Shown piece by piece: positions 25,956-35,083 of a stretch of DNA of 64,000 bases. Both the position numbers and the translations under genes were made by a program. The notes beneath the pieces are model-generated. The model ran no database searches. It saw nothing but the letters and a program-made list of their open reading frames with translations, and had not been told where the DNA came from. Numbering within the stretch: position 1 is the first letter of the stretch; each line of letters begins with the position of its first letter. The stretch is from an uncultured Candidatus Saccharibacteria bacterium (GTDB lineage Bacteria; Patescibacteriota; Minisyncoccia; RBG-13-40-8-A; JAUWHN01), in contig CAYVAX010000001.1 in NCBI GenBank assembly GCA_964449235.1, forward strand, positions 20,814 through 84,813, given 5' to 3'.

Positions 25956-26096
25956 ATTTAAAATTTAAATTAATTTCGCGATAGGAGTTATTAAATTTAA
26001 CATTGAGGTTTACCCAAGGTCTTGAGTGCTTCTACTCAAGCCAAGCTTGGGTCCTTAGGTGGGGAAGCACCCCACCCAAAGACCTAAGATAAATAT

Positions 26097-26462
26097 ATGT
26101 CTTATTCTGTAAGCTTTGCTCAAAAAAATAGTGTTTACTATCGAAGTAAACAACGTTCCTTTTCTGCAAGAAAGGGAAGTAAAAAAAGAACAATTGCTTT
26201 TCTGTTGATTTTTTCTATAATTTTATTTAGTATAATATATATAATTCAAGCAAATAGTTTGGCTACCGGAGGATATAAGCTTCAGGAACATAAACAAGAA
26301 TTAACAGAATTGCAAACAAAACACACAAATCTTAAATTGAAGTTATCTGAAATTCGCTCACTTCAATACTTGGAGCAAAGAGTCGAAAGCCTTAACATGA
26401 AGGCAATAAGCGGAGTTGAGGTAAAATATCTATCTCCGACTACTCAGGTGGCCGCACGATAG
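26097..26462 (+). CDS. ftsL: Cell division protein FtsL-like (single TM + coiled coil)
   Basis: 121 aa. TM helice IAFLLIFSIILFSIIYIIQA, followed by a heptad-rich segment. Lies between rsmH and ftsI. Confidence 0.5.
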   Translation: MSYSVSFAQKNSVYYRSKQRSFSARKGSKKRTIAFLLIFSIILFSIIYIIQANSLATGGYKLQEHKQELTELQTKHTNLKLKLSEIRSLQYLEQRVESLNMKAISGVEVKYLSPTTQVAAR

Positions 26463-26466
26463 AAAT

Positions 26467-28182
26467 ATGAAAAATTCCCGCATCTATATTCTAGTAGCCT
26501 TTATTTTTTGTCTTGGTTTTGTTTTAATTTTTCGTCTATTCTCTGTTCAGGTTGCAAATCACACTTTCTATAAAGAACTGGCCTTCAACCAACACCAAAC
26601 ACATCAAATCCTCTTTCCTGCAAGAGGAGAAATTTTTATAAAAGACAGGTTTTACAACCAAGACTCCTCTTCAGAGCTTTTTCCATTGGCATTAAATAAA
26701 GAATGGTCAATGGCTTATGCTGTTCCTGAAAAAATCAAAGACGTTAAGGAGACAACAGAATTATTAGCTCCTTTGCTGGAAATGGATAAGCAAAAATTAG
26801 AGCAAATTTTAAGCAAAAAAAACGATCCTTACGAGCCTTTAAAACATAAGCTTTCTAATGAGATTGCTGAACAAATAAAAAATTTAAATATTCCGGGCAT
26901 AAAATTAACTTCTGAAATTTGGCGTTATTATCCTGCTAATGATTTTGCTAGCCATGTATTAGGATTTGTTGGGTTTTCTGAAAATAAGCGGGAAGGACAA
27001 TACGGAGTAGAAGGTTACTATGAAAAAGAACTTAGCGGAAAAACTGGATTTGTTGAAGGGGAAAAAGACAACCAGGGTCGCTTAATCGCCATTGCCAAGC
27101 AATACCTTCAACCTGCCAAAGATGGAGGAGATTTAATCTTAACTCTTGATCCTAATGTCCAGTTTTTTATAGAAAAGCAGCTTAATCAGGTTGTTGATCG
27201 CTACAACGCTGAGGGAGGAACAATTATTGTGCTTGATCCCGTGACTGGAGCTACTAAGGGATTGGCAAACCAGCCCAGCTTTAATCCCAATGAATATTCA
27301 GAAGTGGAAGATATTAATGTTTTTCTGAATCCAGCCACACACAATATTTTTGAACCGGGATCAATATTTAAACCCTTTACTGTAGCTACGGCTTTAGATA
27401 AAAAATTATTAACTCCTCAAACTACGTACACAGATAAGGGATATGTTGTTGTCGGAAGTCATACAATTTATAACTCTGATCCCAAACCTCAAGGAACTCA
27501 AACTGTAACCCAAATTCTTCAAAAATCTCTAAACACAGGAACAGTTTTCATTCAGGAGCTAATCCCTAAAGAAACTTTTAAAGAATATTTAAAAAAATTC
27601 GGTTTTTCTCAAAAAACTGGAATTGATTTAAAGGGAGAAACAACAGGAAACATTTCCAATTTAAATACAGGTCGGGATATAGAGTTTGCTACTGCTTCTT
27701 TTGGGCAGGGGATTGCAATCACTCCAATAGAATTAGTAACTGCAATGTCTGCAATTGCCAACCAGGGAAAAATGGTAACTCCGCATTTAGTTGAAAGGAT
27801 AATTTATGACAATGACAAAGAAAAAATTATTCAGCCAAAAATCAAAGGGCAGATAATCTCTCCAGAGACAGCAGAGCAATTGGTAAAAATGATGGTGAAA
27901 GTAGTAGATGACGGCAGCGGAAGCAATGCCAAGATTCCTGGATATTTTATTGCTGGTAAAACCGGAACTGCGCAAGTACCCAATAGTGACCAGCCAGGAT
28001 ATTCAGAAAAAACTATTCATTCTTTTGGCGGGTTTTTTCCTGCTTTTGAACCTCGATTTTTAGTATTAGTAAAATTAAATAATCCCCAAGGAGTGCGATT
28101 CGCAGCTGTTTCCGTTGCTCCTGTATTTAAAGAAATAGCAGAATATATTTTAAATTATTATGAAATACCGCCTAGCCGCTAA
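26467..28182 (+). CDS. ftsI: Peptidoglycan D,D-transpeptidase FtsI (class B PBP)
   Basis: N-terminal TM helix. Motifs S-I-F-K, S-L-N, K-T-G-T-A. Lies within the dcw cluster. Confidence 0.8.
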   Translation: MKNSRIYILVAFIFCLGFVLIFRLFSVQVANHTFYKELAFNQHQTHQILFPARGEIFIKDRFYNQDSSSELFPLALNKEWSMAYAVPEKIKDVKETTELLAPLLEMDKQKLEQILSKKNDPYEPLKHKLSNEIAEQIKNLNIPGIKLTSEIWRYYPANDFASHVLGFVGFSENKREGQYGVEGYYEKELSGKTGFVEGEKDNQGRLIAIAKQYLQPAKDGGDLILTLDPNVQFFIEKQLNQVVDRYNAEGGTIIVLDPVTGATKGLANQPSFNPNEYSEVEDINVFLNPATHNIFEPGSIFKPFTVATALDKKLLTPQTTYTDKGYVVVGSHTIYNSDPKPQGTQTVTQILQKSLNTGTVFIQELIPKETFKEYLKKFGFSQKTGIDLKGETTGNISNLNTGRDIEFATASFGQGIAITPIELVTAMSAIANQGKMVTPHLVERIIYDNDKEKIIQPKIKGQIISPETAEQLVKMMVKVVDDGSGSNAKIPGYFIAGKTGTAQVPNSDQPGYSEKTIHSFGGFFPAFEPRFLVLVKLNNPQGVRFAAVSVAPVFKEIAEYILNYYEIPPSR

Positions 28183-28202
28183 ATAATTTTATAATCCCAA
28201 CA

Positions 28203-29477
28203 ATGCGTAAAATCCTACAATTCATACTTAAAATATTAACTAAGCTTGTGCTCTGGAAGTATAAGCCAGTGATTGTTGCTGTAACTGGAAGCGTTGGTAA
28301 AACTTCGACCAAGGAAGCTATTTATGCAGTTTTAAAAAATCATTTTGGAGAAAATCAAGTACGCCGCAATCAACTTAATTATAATAATGAAATTGGGGTG
28401 CCCTTAACTGTGTTTGGGCTAGAAACAGGAGGAAGGTCTATAATTTCTTGGCTAATCAAGTTTATTAAAATCTTCTTGATGTTGATAGTCAGAGAACGAT
28501 ACCCCAGAATCTTGATTGTAGAAATGGGGGCAGATAAACCCAACGACATCGGCTATCTTACAAATTTTGTTAAGCCCAAAGTAGGGATTGTGACTGCAAT
28601 TGGAGAAATCCCTGTTCATGTTGAATTCTTTAAAAGCCCCCGGGAGTTAATTTCAGAAAAGAAAAAATTGATTGACTGCCTAACCGATAAAGGAGTGGCA
28701 ATACTAAACTATGATGATCCCATAGTAAGAGAAATGAAAGTAAGGTCAAAAGCAAAAACCATGACTTATGGATTTGAAGAAGGCGCAGAAATACGAGCTA
28801 CTAATTTTGAGTCTAAAATCGTTGATTCTGAAAAAGAGGGAATTTTTGGATTCACCACCTTTAAATTGAACTATAAAGGAAGTGCAGTTCCTGTAAGGCT
28901 AACTAATGCTCTGGGAAAACACCAAATTTATCCAGCATTGGCAGCAGCAGCTGTGGGTATAATTTTTAATTTGAATTTAGTGGAACTTTCTGAAGGATTA
29001 AGAAAATACAAATCTCTTCCTGGAAGAATGAAACTAATCAAGGGAATTAAAAATAGTTTAATCATTGATGACAGTTATAACGCTGCTCCGCTTTCCACAT
29101 TGGGAGCTTTGGAGTGTTTACAACAATTCAATCAAAGAAGAAAAATTGCTGTCTTAGGCGACATGTTAGAAATCGGAAAATATGCCCCTGAAGCTCATCA
29201 GAGAACAGGTCGAAAAGCTGCTGAAGCTGTTGACTTGTTACTCACGATTGGTCAGCGTTCTAAATTCATTGCCAAAGGAGCAAGAGAAAAGGGTATGCAG
29301 AAAAACAAAATTTCTGAATTCTATACCTCTGAAGAAGCAGGCAAGCCGCTTCAAAAAATTATTGAGTCCGGAGATATAATCTTGGTAAAGGGATCGCGTT
29401 CAATGAAAATGGAAAAAATTGTCGAAGAAATAATGGCTGAACCTGAAAAAGCAAAAGAGTTGTTAGTTCAGGAATAA
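28203..29477 (+). CDS. murF: UDP-N-acetylmuramoyl-tripeptide--D-alanyl-D-alanine ligase MurF
   Basis: Mur ligase P-loop VTGSVGKTSTKE and the MurF-type IIDDSYNAAPLS signature; 424 aa. Confidence 0.7.
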   Translation: MRKILQFILKILTKLVLWKYKPVIVAVTGSVGKTSTKEAIYAVLKNHFGENQVRRNQLNYNNEIGVPLTVFGLETGGRSIISWLIKFIKIFLMLIVRERYPRILIVEMGADKPNDIGYLTNFVKPKVGIVTAIGEIPVHVEFFKSPRELISEKKKLIDCLTDKGVAILNYDDPIVREMKVRSKAKTMTYGFEEGAEIRATNFESKIVDSEKEGIFGFTTFKLNYKGSAVPVRLTNALGKHQIYPALAAAAVGIIFNLNLVELSEGLRKYKSLPGRMKLIKGIKNSLIIDDSYNAAPLSTLGALECLQQFNQRRKIAVLGDMLEIGKYAPEAHQRTGRKAAEAVDLLLTIGQRSKFIAKGAREKGMQKNKISEFYTSEEAGKPLQKIIESGDIILVKGSRSMKMEKIVEEIMAEPEKAKELLVQE

Positions 29478-29503
29478 ATTCTAAATTTTAAACTAATTAT
29501 TTT

Positions 29504-29537
29504 AAAAACCGTTTCTGCAAAGAATTCGGTTTTTATT
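29504..29537 (+). terminator. Terminator-like hairpin + U-tract after murF
   Basis: aaaaaccg-(15-nt loop containing gaattc)-cggttttt + att. Confidence 0.5.
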
Positions 29538-29542
29538 AACTC

Positions 29543-29570
29543 TTGACAAATTCTCTTAATGTGATATAAT
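29543..29570 (+). promoter_or_regulatory. Near-consensus sigma70 promoter with extended -10 (TTGACA-N16-TGaTATAAT) for the downstream membrane-protein gene
   Basis: -35 TTGACA at 29543-29548; TG at 29562-63; -10 TATAAT at 29565-29570. A strong SD AAGGAGG 6 nt upstream of the TTG start at 29628. Confidence 0.55.
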
Positions 29571-29627
29571 TTAATTAAGATTAGTGCGAAATGAAGCTCA
29601 TTTAAAATTTGTTTAAGGAGGATAATA

Positions 29628-30212
29628 TTGAATATCAAAAATATTTTTTCTGTTTTTGCTGGATTATTGTTCGCTTTTGGATTTGTACCGTACATCAGAG
29701 CAATTTTACGCGGTGAAACAAAGCCAGCAAAAGCTAGCTGGATAATCTGGGGCACGCTTGACTTAATAGTGCTTATTGGAATGATATCAGCTGGCGCTAT
29801 TAACGGACAAATTCTTTCTGCCGTAATTTGTGCCTGGTTGGTGGTAATATTTGCCTTTAAGTGCGGTACATCTGGATGGAATTGGAATTTACTGGATAAA
29901 TTCTGTTTGGTGGGAGCTGGAGTTGGGATTTTGCTTTGGATTTTTCTTAAAAATCCTATCTTCTGTATTATAATTAGCCTGAGCGTCATGTTTATTGGTT
30001 CAATTCCTACATTCGCATCTGCGTGGCAAGACCCTACTCGTGAAAATAAGATTGCTTGGACATTATTCTGGATATCCTGTATTTTTACAGTTTTAGCCAT
30101 TCCTGTATGGACACTAAGCGATGCAAGTCAACCTATTATGTTTCTCATAATCCAAAGCATAATGATGCTCATTTTATTTTTCCGTCCTCAAAAAAAATCA
30201 CAAAAGAGATAG
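29628..30212 (+). CDS. Hypothetical polytopic membrane protein (~6 TM), TTG start
   Basis: 194 aa, hydrophobic throughout. Preferred over the overlapping antisense ORF 29468-30100 because it has a promoter, an SD and the same orientation as its neighbours. Confidence 0.5.
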   Translation: MNIKNIFSVFAGLLFAFGFVPYIRAILRGETKPAKASWIIWGTLDLIVLIGMISAGAINGQILSAVICAWLVVIFAFKCGTSGWNWNLLDKFCLVGAGVGILLWIFLKNPIFCIIISLSVMFIGSIPTFASAWQDPTRENKIAWTLFWISCIFTVLAIPVWTLSDASQPIMFLIIQSIMMLILFFRPQKKSQKR

Positions 30213-30308
30213 CAGTATTGCTATCTCTTTTCTGTCAATTTGTGCAAGAATTATTAAGATTTGCCCTCTCTTTCTTATTCCCTTAAATTTTGCTAAAATT
30301 AATATAGT

Positions 30309-31283
30309 ATGCCTAGGAAGAATATAGCAGTTTTAATGGGCGGAATGTCTTCAGAGCATGAAGTTTCTTTAAATACCGGGAAAAATGTAGTTAAACACTT
30401 GGATAAGCAAAAATACAGGATTAGAACGATTACAATTAGCAAGAATGGAGGATGGATAGTAAATAGCAAGAAAATAGGCATTGAGCAGGCACTGGAGGGG
30501 ATTGAGGTGGTATTTAATGCCCTTCATGGTGAATACGGAGAAGATGGCCGTATCCAGGGCTTATTAGACTGTATTGGCATTCCCTATACCGGTTCTGGGG
30601 TTTTAGCCAGTGCTGTAGGAATGAATAAAGTGATAAGCAGAAACCTATTTGAATCCCGGGGATTAAAAATACCGCAAGCAGTTATTGCCCAAGATGCATC
30701 CCAGTGCTTGAAACAAAACTTAGCGCGTTTAGGAAAAAAATTAGTGATTAAACCTTCTTGTCTGGGATCGAGCGTAGGAATTAAAATTATTGACAGCAGA
30801 GATAAAAAGGGCCTTAAGCAAGCTATAAGCCAAGCGCGAGAAAAGTGCAATAAAGTTATTATTGAAGAATATATTCCTGGCCTGGAAGTTACTTGTGGAA
30901 TATTAGACCCCGGACCTGATGACAAAAACAAAATTTTAGCTTTGCCAGTAACTGAAATTATTCCCCCAAATGGAAAGTTTTTTGATTACAAAGTTAAGTA
31001 TGACGGCTCTACGCAAGAAATTACTCCTGCAAGAATTAATAAAAAACTCTCTAAAACAATCCAGGAACAGGCAATTAAAGCTCACCGATCACTAGAATGT
31101 CGAGGTTATTCCCGGGTAGATTTCATTTTAAAAAATAAAAAAATTCCCTATGTCTTGGAAGTTAATACCTTGCCGGGATTAACCAGTGAATCTCTTTTGC
31201 CAAAAGCGGCAAAAGAAGCAGGTATTGAATTTTCAAAATTATTGGATATAATAATTAGGAATGCTTTTGGCCCCGTCGTCTAG
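30309..31283 (+). CDS. ddl: D-alanine--D-alanine ligase
   Basis: MPRKNIAVLMGGMSSEHEVSLNTGKNV...; ATP-grasp motifs ...EEYIPGLEVTCGIL... and ...YSRVDFIL...LEVNTLPGLT. The last 15 nt overlap the tRNA-Glu. Confidence 0.85.
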   Translation: MPRKNIAVLMGGMSSEHEVSLNTGKNVVKHLDKQKYRIRTITISKNGGWIVNSKKIGIEQALEGIEVVFNALHGEYGEDGRIQGLLDCIGIPYTGSGVLASAVGMNKVISRNLFESRGLKIPQAVIAQDASQCLKQNLARLGKKLVIKPSCLGSSVGIKIIDSRDKKGLKQAISQAREKCNKVIIEEYIPGLEVTCGILDPGPDDKNKILALPVTEIIPPNGKFFDYKVKYDGSTQEITPARINKKLSKTIQEQAIKAHRSLECRGYSRVDFILKNKKIPYVLEVNTLPGLTSESLLPKAAKEAGIEFSKLLDIIIRNAFGPVV

Positions 31284-31341
31284 CGGCCGAGGACATCAGG
31301 TTCTCATCCTGAAAACAGGGGTTCGAGTCCCCTCGGGGCTA
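31269..31341 (+). tRNA. tRNA-Glu (anticodon CTC), 73 nt with discriminator, no encoded CCA
   Basis: Acceptor GGCCCCG/CGGGGCT (G1-U72), anticodon stem TCAGG/CCTGA with loop TTCTCAT, T-arm AGGGG-TTCGAGT-CCCCT. Overall similarity to bacterial tRNA-Glu (GTCTAG.GGCC.AGGAC D-arm). Confidence 0.85.
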
Positions 31342-31368
31342 TAGTTATTTAATGTTAAGAATATATTC

Positions 31369-34110
31369 ATGGCCAAATCCAAACAAACAAACCTTAGTTG
31401 GCACGCACTAAGCATAAGTGCGACCCTGAAAGAAGCAAAAACTAATAAAAAAGGACTAACTGAAAAAGAAACTAAAGAACGATTAAAGAAATTTGGACCA
31501 AACAGATTACCGGAGAAAAAGAGAATGCCAGCTATAAAAATATTTTTAAACCAATTTTCTAGTCCGCTAATATATATTTTGGTAATTGCCGGAGTGGTTA
31601 CCTTGGCAGTACAAGACTGGACAGACTCAGTAGTTATTTTCGCTGCTGTTTTTTTAAATACAATCGTAGGATTTTTCCAGGAAAATAAAGCCTCTAAAAT
31701 ATTTGATAAATTAAAAAAATTGGTTAAGCAGCAAGCAATTGTTATCCGAAATGGCCAGGAAAAACAAGTGCAGCAAGAAAATTTAGTGCCTGGAGACATA
31801 ATTATGCTTCAACCTGGAGATAAAATTCCTGCAGACGCACGGGTAATCAAGCAAGATAATCTCAAGATTAATGAATCCGCCTTAACCGGAGAGTGGCTTC
31901 CCACCGACAAAACAACTAAAACTCTTCCTGAAAAAACAAATTTAGCAGATAGAAAAAATATGGTGTTTACAGGAACTGTGGTTGAGAATGGAAGAGGAAG
32001 GGCAATGGTCGTAGCCACAGGATTGAATACGGCCTTGGGGGAAATCGCTGTTTCCATACGAGAATCCAAAGAAGAAAAAACCCCATACCAAAAACGACTA
32101 ATTCATTTTGGTAGAATTATTACTGCAGTAGTGGGAATTTTTTCAGCAGCAATATTTATCGGGGGAATAATTGCTGGAAAAGATTTTTTAGAAATGTTTG
32201 TAACTGCAATTGCAGTTGCAGTCGCAGCAATCCCAGAGGGACTTCCGGTTGCTATGACTGTGATCCTGGCATTAGGCATGGAAAGAATTTCCAGAAAAAA
32301 AGGACTAGTAAGAAAATTAGTAGCCACTGAAACTTTAGGTTCAACCCAAATAATTGGCACAGATAAGACCGGAACTTTAACTCAGGCTAAAATGCAGGTT
32401 GCAGGCGTATATACTGGAAAACAGGCAATTGCAGGAGATGGTAAAAAGTATTTACGAAAAATAGATAACAAGAATGAGCGCAGCACTCCTAGTTTAGCTT
32501 TAAAAATCGGGGCATTGTGCAATGAAGCATTTATCGAAAATCCTGAAGACGCAATGTCTAACTGGAAAATTAGAGGAACCCCCACTGAAAAAGCTCTTTT
32601 ATTAGGAGCTATTCATGCAGGACTAAATAGAAAAGAAATCACCAAACGGCAACCAGTAGTAGACAGTTTGCCGTTTGAGCCCGTTTACAAATATTCAGCA
32701 AACGTACATCAATTAAATAAGAAAAAGAACGTAATCTATGTTCTCGGCGCTCCGGAAATAATTTTAGAAAATGCCAAATATTTGACATTGGACGGTAAAA
32801 AGGAAAAGCTGTCTCCAAAAAAAGTAAAAGAGCTTACTAAAATGTATGAAAAATTGGACAGTAAGGGATTAAGAGTGTTGGCTACCGGATATAAAGAGAT
32901 TAAAAAGGGAACTGTGGAGAATAAAATTAAGGAGTTAGAAAAATCCAAAAAAGGAGATTATTTAGAAAAACAAAAAATTTATGAACAAGAATTTCAGGAA
33001 ATGGTGTTTGTGGGATTTATCGCTCTTAGAGACCCATTACGAAAAAAAGTTAAGCAAGCAATGAAACTATGTAGAAAAGCAGGCATGACCCCTATAATTA
33101 TTACTGGAGACCATCGCTTGACCGCGCAAGCAATTGCTAAGGAATTAGGATTTTCAATAAAAGATAAAAATATTATTGAAGGTAAAAATTTAGAAGAAAT
33201 GGACGATGAAAAATTCAATAATCAGCTTAAAAACTTCAAAATTTACGCACGCGTAGAGCCTAAGCAAAAATTAAGGATTATTAAGGCCTGGCAGGGAAAA
33301 GGGAGAGTGGTAGCAATGACTGGAGACGGCGTAAATGACGCTCCGGCTTTAAAACAGGCAGATGTTGGTGTAGCTCTGGGTTCAGGAACAGATGTTGCTA
33401 AAGAAGCTTCAGATTTAATCCTTCTAACTGATTCCTTTTCGGTTATTGTGGCTGCAATTGAAGAGGGGAGAGCAATTCTTGATAACATTAGAAAAGTAAT
33501 TACTTTTCTATTCGCGGATGCTTTCACAGAAATAATTTTAATTGGATTAAGTATATTAGGACAACTTCCCTTGCCTCTTCTTCCTGCTCAAATATTGTGG
33601 GTTAATCTCATAGAGGGCAGCCTTCCTGCTGTTGCTTTGGGGTTTGAGCCCCAGGAAAAAGACGTAATGAAGCGCGACCCTGAAGATCCTAAGGCCCCGC
33701 TATTAACCAAGGAGATGAAAGTAATTATATTTATTATTGGACTCATTACCACCTTAATTTTATTTGGTTTATTTTTATGGCTTTTAAGATTGAATCTTGA
33801 CTTGGCTGAAGTTAGAACGATTATATTTGCCGCCTTGACCATTGATTCTATCTTCTATATCTTCTCCTGTAAAAACTTACGAAAAAATATTTGGCAGATA
33901 AGAATCTTTTCTAACCGGTTCTTGATATTAAGCTGGCTGTTTGCAGTCTTTATGTTGCTTATTGGTGTCTACGTTCCTGTTTTTCAAACCCTAATTAAAA
34001 CCGTACCCCTTAATTTGTTTGATTGGGTGTTAGTATTTGGTATCGGGTTTATCAATTTATTTGCTATTGAACTAACTAAATTTTTGTTTATAAGGAAAAA
34101 AATAAAATGA
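31369..34110 (+). CDS. Cation-transporting P-type ATPase (type II, Ca2+/Mg2+-ATPase-like)
   Basis: 913 aa. Phosphorylation motif DKTGTLT, hinge TGDGVNDAPALKQADVGVALG, and 10 predicted TM segments. Confidence 0.85.
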   Translation: MAKSKQTNLSWHALSISATLKEAKTNKKGLTEKETKERLKKFGPNRLPEKKRMPAIKIFLNQFSSPLIYILVIAGVVTLAVQDWTDSVVIFAAVFLNTIVGFFQENKASKIFDKLKKLVKQQAIVIRNGQEKQVQQENLVPGDIIMLQPGDKIPADARVIKQDNLKINESALTGEWLPTDKTTKTLPEKTNLADRKNMVFTGTVVENGRGRAMVVATGLNTALGEIAVSIRESKEEKTPYQKRLIHFGRIITAVVGIFSAAIFIGGIIAGKDFLEMFVTAIAVAVAAIPEGLPVAMTVILALGMERISRKKGLVRKLVATETLGSTQIIGTDKTGTLTQAKMQVAGVYTGKQAIAGDGKKYLRKIDNKNERSTPSLALKIGALCNEAFIENPEDAMSNWKIRGTPTEKALLLGAIHAGLNRKEITKRQPVVDSLPFEPVYKYSANVHQLNKKKNVIYVLGAPEIILENAKYLTLDGKKEKLSPKKVKELTKMYEKLDSKGLRVLATGYKEIKKGTVENKIKELEKSKKGDYLEKQKIYEQEFQEMVFVGFIALRDPLRKKVKQAMKLCRKAGMTPIIITGDHRLTAQAIAKELGFSIKDKNIIEGKNLEEMDDEKFNNQLKNFKIYARVEPKQKLRIIKAWQGKGRVVAMTGDGVNDAPALKQADVGVALGSGTDVAKEASDLILLTDSFSVIVAAIEEGRAILDNIRKVITFLFADAFTEIILIGLSILGQLPLPLLPAQILWVNLIEGSLPAVALGFEPQEKDVMKRDPEDPKAPLLTKEMKVIIFIIGLITTLILFGLFLWLLRLNLDLAEVRTIIFAALTIDSIFYIFSCKNLRKNIWQIRIFSNRFLILSWLFAVFMLLIGVYVPVFQTLIKTVPLNLFDWVLVFGIGFINLFAIELTKFLFIRKKIK

Positions 34111-35060
34111 TCTTTGTTTATTTAGGATTACTTTTCCTATCTATTTATATATTAATTAAGAGCGGAACAGTGGCAATTAAAAAATTAGTGGCCATGGCCC
34201 GCTATTTAAGAATGTCAGAATACATTCTGGCGTTTATTCTTATGGCTTTAGCGACCAGCTTGCCGGAATTTTTCATTGGAATCAACGCCGCTTTTAAACA
34301 AACCTCTGTTCTTTCTCTGGGAAATGTAATCGGCTCGAATATAGTTAATCTTAGTTTTGTGTTGGGAATGGTGGTAATTATTGGAAGAGGAATTAGAATT
34401 GAAAGTAAGATCGCTAAACGGGACGCCTGGCTGGTATTCTTTATTTCCATTTTGCCATTGCTGTTAATAATTGATAAGAATTTGTCTCGCACTGACGGCA
34501 TTGTGCTTCTGCTGGTTTTTGTTTGGTATCTTAAGCATATTCTCAAATCCAAAGAAGCATTTGAAAAAAGAGTTAACCATTTAAAGCCCAGCGTTGAGGA
34601 ATTTAAACGATTTACCAAGAATTTATTTATCTTCATCGTAGCAATAACTATTCTGTTGGCAAGCTCCTGGGGAACTGTAGAAACCGCTACTTTAGTAGCA
34701 GAAAGTTTTTCTCTGCCCTTGATCCTGATCGGGATCATCTTGGTAGCTATTGGAACCTCTCTTCCGGAGCTAGTATTTGGAATCAAATCCGTAATTATTA
34801 AACATGAAGGAATGAATCTGGGAAACTTGATCGGAAGTACAGTTATTAATTCCACCATGGTTTTAGGGGTTACTTCTATAATTTCTCCGATTAAAATAAA
34901 GAATCTTGATATGATTATGATCGGAGGATTATTTATGATCTTTACAATTTTACTTGCTAACTTCTTTATTGCCACCAAGGAAAAAATCTCCTGGAAAGAG
35001 GGAGTAATTTTAATCCTTGTTTACTTAATATTCTTAGTAGCTGAATTCTTGTTGGGATAA
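34107..35060 (+). CDS. Ca2+/Na+ antiporter family (CaCA, YrbG-like) membrane protein
   Basis: Two alpha-repeat motifs: GNVIGSNIVNLSFVLG and GNLIGSTVINSTMVLG. Start overlaps the ATPase stop (ATGA). Confidence 0.75.
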   Translation: MIFVYLGLLFLSIYILIKSGTVAIKKLVAMARYLRMSEYILAFILMALATSLPEFFIGINAAFKQTSVLSLGNVIGSNIVNLSFVLGMVVIIGRGIRIESKIAKRDAWLVFFISILPLLLIIDKNLSRTDGIVLLLVFVWYLKHILKSKEAFEKRVNHLKPSVEEFKRFTKNLFIFIVAITILLASSWGTVETATLVAESFSLPLILIGIILVAIGTSLPELVFGIKSVIIKHEGMNLGNLIGSTVINSTMVLGVTSIISPIKIKNLDMIMIGGLFMIFTILLANFFIATKEKISWKEGVILILVYLIFLVAEFLLG

Positions 35061-35083
35061 TTAAAAAATGTTAAAGTGAATTC

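Noticed and set aside
26055-26080. Possible SRP (4.5S) RNA helix-8 motif (GGAAGCA in a hairpin loop)
   Set aside because: Only a pentamer matches. It lacks the GNRA tetraloop/asymmetric-loop arrangement and the ~100-nt domain IV context.
29468-30100. 210-aa ORF on the - strand overlapping the 29628-30212 membrane-protein gene
   Set aside because: The + strand ORF has an extended -10 consensus promoter, a perfect AAGGAGG SD and matches the local gene orientation. The - strand ORF is an antisense shadow with no motif.
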